Shown here: positions 58,194 to 64,000 of the stretch, one piece after another
How positions within the stretch are numbered: position 1 is the stretch's first letter
Layout of the letters: each line of letters opens with the position of its first letter
Origin: Hyaloraphidium curvatum SAG 235-1
Taxonomy: Eukaryota; Fungi; Monoblepharomycota
Reading direction: 5' to 3'
DNA length: 64,000 nt
Assembly (NCBI GenBank): GCA_025558095.1
Contig: JAIVFI010000004.1
Coordinates: 806,001 to 870,000 of the forward strand
Program-made: the position numbers and the translations under genes
The notes under the pieces: model-generated
Database searches by the model: none
Seen by the model: only the letters and a program-made list of their open reading frames with translations
What the model was told of the DNA's origin: nothing

Positions 58194-59149
58194 GGGACGC
58201 GGATTCAAGCGGGAACGGAGTGAGAGCCGTGGGCATGGCGCGCTCTTGTCACCGCGGAGTTGGATGCCTTCGAGCCACCTGCCCGTCGATAATGCCTCAT
58301 TGGATTGTTCACGATAGCGCTTCGCCAAACCATCGATCCGTATTGCCCTCGCAGGCGGACCGATAATCACGCTAAAGCCCGAGCCGGGTGGGTGCTCAAG
58401 GCGATGCTGAGGGGGTACGTGGACCGCGCGGAGAAGCTGGGCACGTGGGGGGGCAGGGGCAAGGAGGTTTATTTGAAGGCGATGGCATGAGCCCCGAGTG
58501 CGGAGGGTGTGCGGCCCCTTGAGGTGTGTACAGCATGGAGCACAATGGCAGCTCGCCTTTTCCGAGCTGGATCTGGACAATAGGGTCTCCATTTGGCTTG
58601 GAATGACCTCGCCGCGTGGAGCCGGGTGGCGCTAGGGACCGACGCTCGATCGGGGTTTCGTCGTCTGGCCCGCCTTGCCGCCCGGTATTTCAGGGTCGGT
58701 TCCCGGCGGCGCGGCGGAGCGCCTCCCCGTCGAACATCCAGTGCTAGCCGATGCTGGTGCTCGATGGCAGACATCCCCGGTTCCTCCACACCACCCTGGG
58801 GTCGAACGGACGCCCGGCTTGGCCGCGAAGCCGGGTTGCATTCGAGGGCCGCGGGACCCGTTGCGGGACCGCCAGCGGCGGGAACTTCGGAGGTTCGCGG
58901 GCAGTTCGGGGCCTCCGGCTTGGAATCTTGGACCATTGAAATGAGCAATCCTCTTCGTCCTTAGTAGGACATGCACTTTTGCGGCCGCGGAGAGTGGATC
59001 TTGGGTTGAAAAGGCCCGTGAAAAAAGGGGGTCGTAGGGACCGGTCGCGGACGGTGGGTCTAGATCAGGGACGCATATTTACTCTCGCCCCCAATTTGTG
59101 CCCCTTCATTCCCAACGCTCTCTGCACCTCGAACTTTGTGGCCGTCGAT

Positions 59150-61658
59150 ATGCGAGGCCTCCTGCTCGCCGGCGCCCTTGCGGTCGTGGCCGCGGCCCGC
59201 GGGGCGGTCGCCCAGAACGCGGACTTTTCTTCGGTGCCTCTTCTGCCCGCCCTCGCCGGCTGCCCGCCCGCCGCGCCCGGCAGCGCCGCCCCGCAGGTCG
59301 ACGCCGCGCGCACCAACATGACGCGCGCGCAGATCACCGTGGCCGCGTGGACCGCGCCCGCCGCCGGCCGCAAGATGGTCATGTACCTCGGCCGAGGCAA
59401 GGCCGCCGAGCCCGCGTGCGCAGCCGCCTCGGTCGGCGACGAGGCCACGTGCAGGCACAACTTTGAGCTGTCGGGCTCGTGGAGGGGGCTGCGGGGCTGC
59501 GCGTGGTCGGCGCCCGACACGACGAGGCGGCCGGGCTACGAGGTCCGCAACAACACGGTCTACTTGGAGTGGCAGGACCTGTTCCCCGGGGGCAACCGCC
59601 AGGCCTCTCGTTACTCCTACCCGGTGTCAATTGCCCTGCCGATGACGGTCAACGTGCAGGCCGACGTCAAGCTCCTGGAGGAATCGGGCATCAAAAACTT
59701 CAACCTGACCGGCGTGTCGGTCGACGTGACCGACGCCGGCCGCTTCATCGTCGCCGACTTTATCATGCACTCCCGGTGGGTGGCGGTCGGCAGCTGCGGG
59801 ACCGTCCTGGTCTGACCTCGCCTCCTTGTGCTCATAAAGATGGCCCAACAACCTGACCCTGGACTCGACGAGCAACTACGTCAGCCTGCCCGGCTTCCCT
59901 GGCTCCACCGAGATCGTCTCGTACAACCTCCCGACCTGCGTCAAGACCGACGGCAGCAACTCGACCACCTTCACCACCGAGGACTTCTGCTACCAGAACG
60001 GCGAGGTCCGCATAAACATCGGGCAGCAGTGCAACGCCGGCGGCATCTACGTGTTCAACTTCAAGACCGACTGCTTCCCCGGCGCGGCCTCGACGCAGGA
60101 CTGCACGGGCAAGGTGCTCCGCGCCAACGCCGCCGTCGGCACCGAGGACGACTCGGGCAAGCTCGTGCTGGACCTCTGCGGCGGGCTGTACGCCACCGTG
60201 GCCAGCGTGACGGCCATCATGGTTGCGGACCAGCCCACGATGAAGGAGCTCAAGAAGATCACGGTCGGGCCCGTGCAGGCGGGGCAGGACGTGCTCATCG
60301 GGCCGGCGGACTCGATCGCCGACGCGCAGCTGCTCAAGGACGGTTCCATCTTCGGGATGACCTACATGGCGGCAAACTGGCCGGGCAAGGCGTTCGACGT
60401 CGGGGCGCCCTACATCAACAACGACATGCAGGTGCGTCCCCAGTCGGAGGCGTCGTAACACAGCAAGTGCTCAAACATGCCCTCCTCCCCAGCACCACTG
60501 GATAGTCGGTACAAAAGACGATTTTTTCAAGGCAGTTATCGTCAAGATCTTTGTACAGGGGGGGCAGGCGTTCGCCACCATCGTCGGCAGCGCCTACACC
60601 GACGCCTGGAAGATGGAGCCGCCGTACTCGTCCATGGACGCCCTCACGGCCGACCAGATGACCAGGTTCTGGAACTCGCCCAACACCAACCGCAACACGC
60701 AGGGCTCGTCCTACTTCCTGCAGTCGATCGTGGGTTGCCTTTGTCTCCTTGCTCGCGCACACGAAGCTGACCGTTCACGCCCTTCCAGCCCGTGGTCGTG
60801 CAGGTACCCGTCGCGCAGCGCCGCCTCGCCGCGCGTCAGGCACTCAGCGGCAACTCCACCGGCAACTCCACGGACGGGTACTTCTTCGGCGACACCATCG
60901 AGCTCCGCGCCTTCCTCAACAGCCCGCAGCTCCCCATCTACGAGTCTCGTCTCACCTTCCTCTCGGTGTACCGCAAGAACCTGCTCCGCACCCCGATTGG
61001 GCAGGCCAGCTTCACCGTGCGTGGCGTCAACACCACCCTGGTCTCCTCCGCCCTCGGCCCCCTGGGCCCCAACGCCCTCACCCAGCTCGCGCTCAACACC
61101 AACTTCACCTACTTCCCCGGCTCGGACATCGTGCGCATGCAGATGACCCCCAACATGCTCCCAGCCACCCCCGGCCTGGACTCGAACGAGCTCTCCTTCC
61201 TCACCACCGACGACTTCGATTCGACATCGGACTACACGTTCTACGCCACCTTCCGCGTGTACTTCGACCAGCAGTCCTCCGCAGGCCAGCGCAGGCGCAG
61301 GCTCCTGACGCGGGACGTGGCGGTGCCGTCGGCCGCGGTGCGGCAGACCGCGGGGGCCGAGGCGTCGGCGACCGCGAGCATGGTGATCCCCGGCGGGCCC
61401 GGGGCGCAGGGGCAGCAGCCTGCGGGGCAGGCCGGACAGCCTGGCCAGCCGGGGCAGACCACGCAGGCGGCGACTGGGTCCCCGGACGTGCTGGCGGCGG
61501 TGGCGGTAGCGATCGGCGCCGCGGCATTGCTGGCGTCGTGCTGCGCGGTGGTTGCGCTGGCCGTTTGGCGGAGGCGGAAGGCGGACGCGGGGCGGCAGGA
61601 TACCTACGCGAAGCTGGTGGATGAGGCGGCGTGGGAGAAGACGAGCACAAAATGGTAG
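59150..61658 (+). CDS. Large secreted type-I membrane glycoprotein, multi-exon, unknown function
   Basis: Signal peptide MRGLLLAGALAVVAAARGAVAQ; beta-rich Cys-containing ectodomain with many NxS/T sites; RRRRLL basic site; GQP linker; single TM; short tail with YAKL. Confidence 0.8.
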
Positions 61659-61709
61659 AGATGAGAAGACTGGCGCTTGGAGAACGCATTTGCTAGAAAA
61701 AGATCGCAT

Positions 61710-64000
61710 TCAAATGTCATCGTCGTCCAGAGCGACCCTGATCCTGAGCTTCTTCCCCTTGGGCTCCTTGTCCAGCCCCTGCTCAAACTTCCAGATGGCA
61801 CGGAGGTCGAACAGCGACGCCTCCGCCTCGGACGCCGCCGAGAACCCCAGGATCGTCCGCGGCGGCACCGGCGACGGCGGCGTCGCCGGCCCCTCCTGCC
61901 CCTCCCTCTCGCCCGGCAGCGGCGACGGCGCCCTCGACCTCCTCACCACGCGCGGCGGCTCGAGCGTGAAGTTGCGCGCGTCGGGCACCTCCCCCTCCTG
62001 CCGCCCGAACCTCGCCATGCGCCCGCGGTCCGTGTGCAGCTGCATCCGCACGATCGCGCCGATGCTGCCAGCGGGCTCGGCCCAGGAGCGCTCGTGCGGG
62101 CGGACGATGCCCGTCACGCGGACGAGCTGCTCGCCGGGTTCGAGGAGGAAGGAACCCGAAGCTGGGGCGGCGAGGACGCGCTTGCCGAGGCGGACGAAGG
62201 TCGAGTCGGTGAGGAAGAAGCTGAGGGCTGTTCGCCCGCCGCAGGTCAGAGCCATTCCAAGATGCAATCGAAGGAAGCCACCCACCAACGATCGACTTGG
62301 TGCCGTACCAGGCGACCCTTCTCAGCCCGACGCCCTTGGTACCCCACTTGACCTCCTTGGCCGTCTGCTCGTCAAACTCCCTCTGGCTCGCCCCCGCGCC
62401 CCGCGCCGACCTGACCAGCCTCGGCTCCTCGTCCTCGGCTGGCGACGCCGGGAACTCGACCGCCTCGGGCGAAAACAGCTCGTCCAGGTGCGGCGAATCC
62501 ACCCTCTCCGCCTCCTTGGCTAACAGCTTCCGCGCCTGCGGGCAGACGACCGCCAGCGCCGCCTCGTGCAGCGGCCTCAGCACCCGGTCGAAGCCGAACG
62601 GCAGCCTGTAGTCGAGAAGCTTCCGCGCGTCGTCCTGCCGGACCGGCACCTCGGCCCGCCCGTTGTCGTCTTCCGAGATGGCCGAAAGCTCGACCACTGC
62701 CTCGCACAGTTCCGCTAGCCGAGGCCACTCCTCTTCCTCCGGTTGCCCGCCCCGGATCCGCTCCAGCGCCGCGGCGGCCAGCGCACACATGGTCCCCGCC
62801 CCGGGGGGCACCTCGTTCCACTCCCTTAGCCTGTACGCGGCCTGATCCCCCGGGTGCACGCGGTCCCCGCACGCGAGGAGGAGCCACGCGTGCGCGGCAT
62901 CGTTGGCGCGGAGCACGCGGTCCGAGTCGGGGGAGGGGTAGAACTCCCGCGGGGCGTCGCGGAACAGCCGGCCGCAGAGCTTGCCCACCAGCCGCGCGCG
63001 GGGGATGGTCAGGTCGGGGAGGGGGGGGATGGCAAAGGGGCCGAAGGCGGGGGCGACGTCGGCGCCAAAGGTGGGGATGAGGGCCTGCACGGCGCCGAGC
63101 ATGCCGTTGTCGGGCCAGGTGGAAGAGAGGCACCGCAGGACGGTGTTCTGCCGGCCTTCGAGGTAGCTCCGCTCCTTGTCCGAGGCGCGGTAGGTCCGCG
63201 CCAGCTCGCCCGCGAGGCTCGGGTTCTTCCTGACCGCCTCCCGCAGGGCCGCCCGCGCGGTCGGCGCCCGCGAGAGCACCGGGTCCCGCAGGCCGTCCCA
63301 GATCCCGCGCGCGTAGTCGGACGCCCAGCCCTGGAGTACCTCGCGGCCCGGCGCCAGGCCCTCGTCGGGGGACGGGGCGAGGAGCATCCGCTCGGCAACG
63401 ATGGCGAGGAGCGACGAGGTCTCGGGGCCGTCTTCGCTGTTCCAGACGCTCTCGGCGACCTTGCGGGTGACCTCGAACCCGAGCTCGCGCACGGCGGGGT
63501 CGTCGAAGAGATGTCGGACGTACGGGGCGGGAACTCGGTCGAACAGGTAGAACAGGATGCGGGCGACGAGACGGGGCGAAAGTTTGGCCTCCTTCTGGCG
63601 CAACAGCGGTGCCACGAGATCCGGAGCCTGCACGAGCAGGGAGGCGAGGATCTGGCGGCGGTCGTCGAGCCGGTAGGCGTTGTCGCCCGAGAACAACGGA
63701 GGGTCCAGGGCGAGGCCGTAGTCGCTGACGAGCCGCGCCACCTTGGCCCGCTTGGGCTCAAAGTTGGCCCTCCGCGTGGCCAGCCACCCCGCTCCCGCCT
63801 GCGGGTTGTCGAACTCGGCCAGGTCTCCTTCGTCGTCCATGAGCGCCTCGACAGGGAGCTCGACCAGCACCCGCAGGTCGGCGGCGTCGCTCCGCCGCAG
63901 CGCGATCTTGGCCGCGCCGTACGCCTCGGAAGCCACGGAAAGCAGGTCCACGAGGAGCACCTGGTCGCTGCCGCGGACGGCGGGGTCGCGCAGGCGCCTG
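61710..64000 (-). CDS. Large helical protein with C-terminal jacalin-like beta-prism domain (5'-truncated by window)
   Basis: Long Leu-rich ORF, intron near 62245-62286, then FLLEPGEQLVRVTG..IVRMQLHTDRGR..FG..ILGFSA resembling a jacalin-like domain. Confidence 0.6.

Noticed and set aside
58305-58490. Short 61-aa ORF downstream of the MAPEG gene
   Set aside because: No recognisable motif or clear gene structure

Overview
This is eukaryotic, very GC-rich, gene-dense genomic DNA with short spliceosomal introns (~50-65 nt), most consistent with an early-diverging (chytrid-like) fungus; the taxon is an inference from gene content and intron style. About 35 protein-coding genes or fragments are visible. 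Conserved eukaryotic genes: cytoplasmic dynein heavy chain 3' end, ABHD18-like hydrolase, PSD2, MFS transporter, Psh1-like RING ligase, mitochondrial uS2, ARPC5, DPB4/POLE3-like histone-fold protein, DNAJC11. They are interspersed with intron-poor bacterial-type genes (SDRs, PaaI thioesterase, tandem GNAT, beta-hydroxyacid dehydrogenase, SnoaL, NeuD/PglD-like acetyltransferase, KirBac-type K+ channel), secreted Cys-rich proteins and lineage-specific paralogs/pseudogenes. Most notable: (i) an unrecognised four-copy gene family with a shared N-terminal helical header, an AT-hook/basic linker, a tandemly repeated ~85-aa domain and a conserved intron; (ii) two paralogous multi-pass membrane proteins with a C-terminus reminiscent of GR-like/DUF3537 7TM ion channels; (iii) a KirBac-like channel; (iv) several enzymes ending in PTS1-like tripeptides; (v) three GC-AG introns; (vi) a systematic C-to-G skew flip towards gene 3' ends with very tight convergent gene pairs. 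No rRNA, tRNA, CRISPR array or intact transposase was recognised. Exon boundaries were read by eye and are approximate unless stated.
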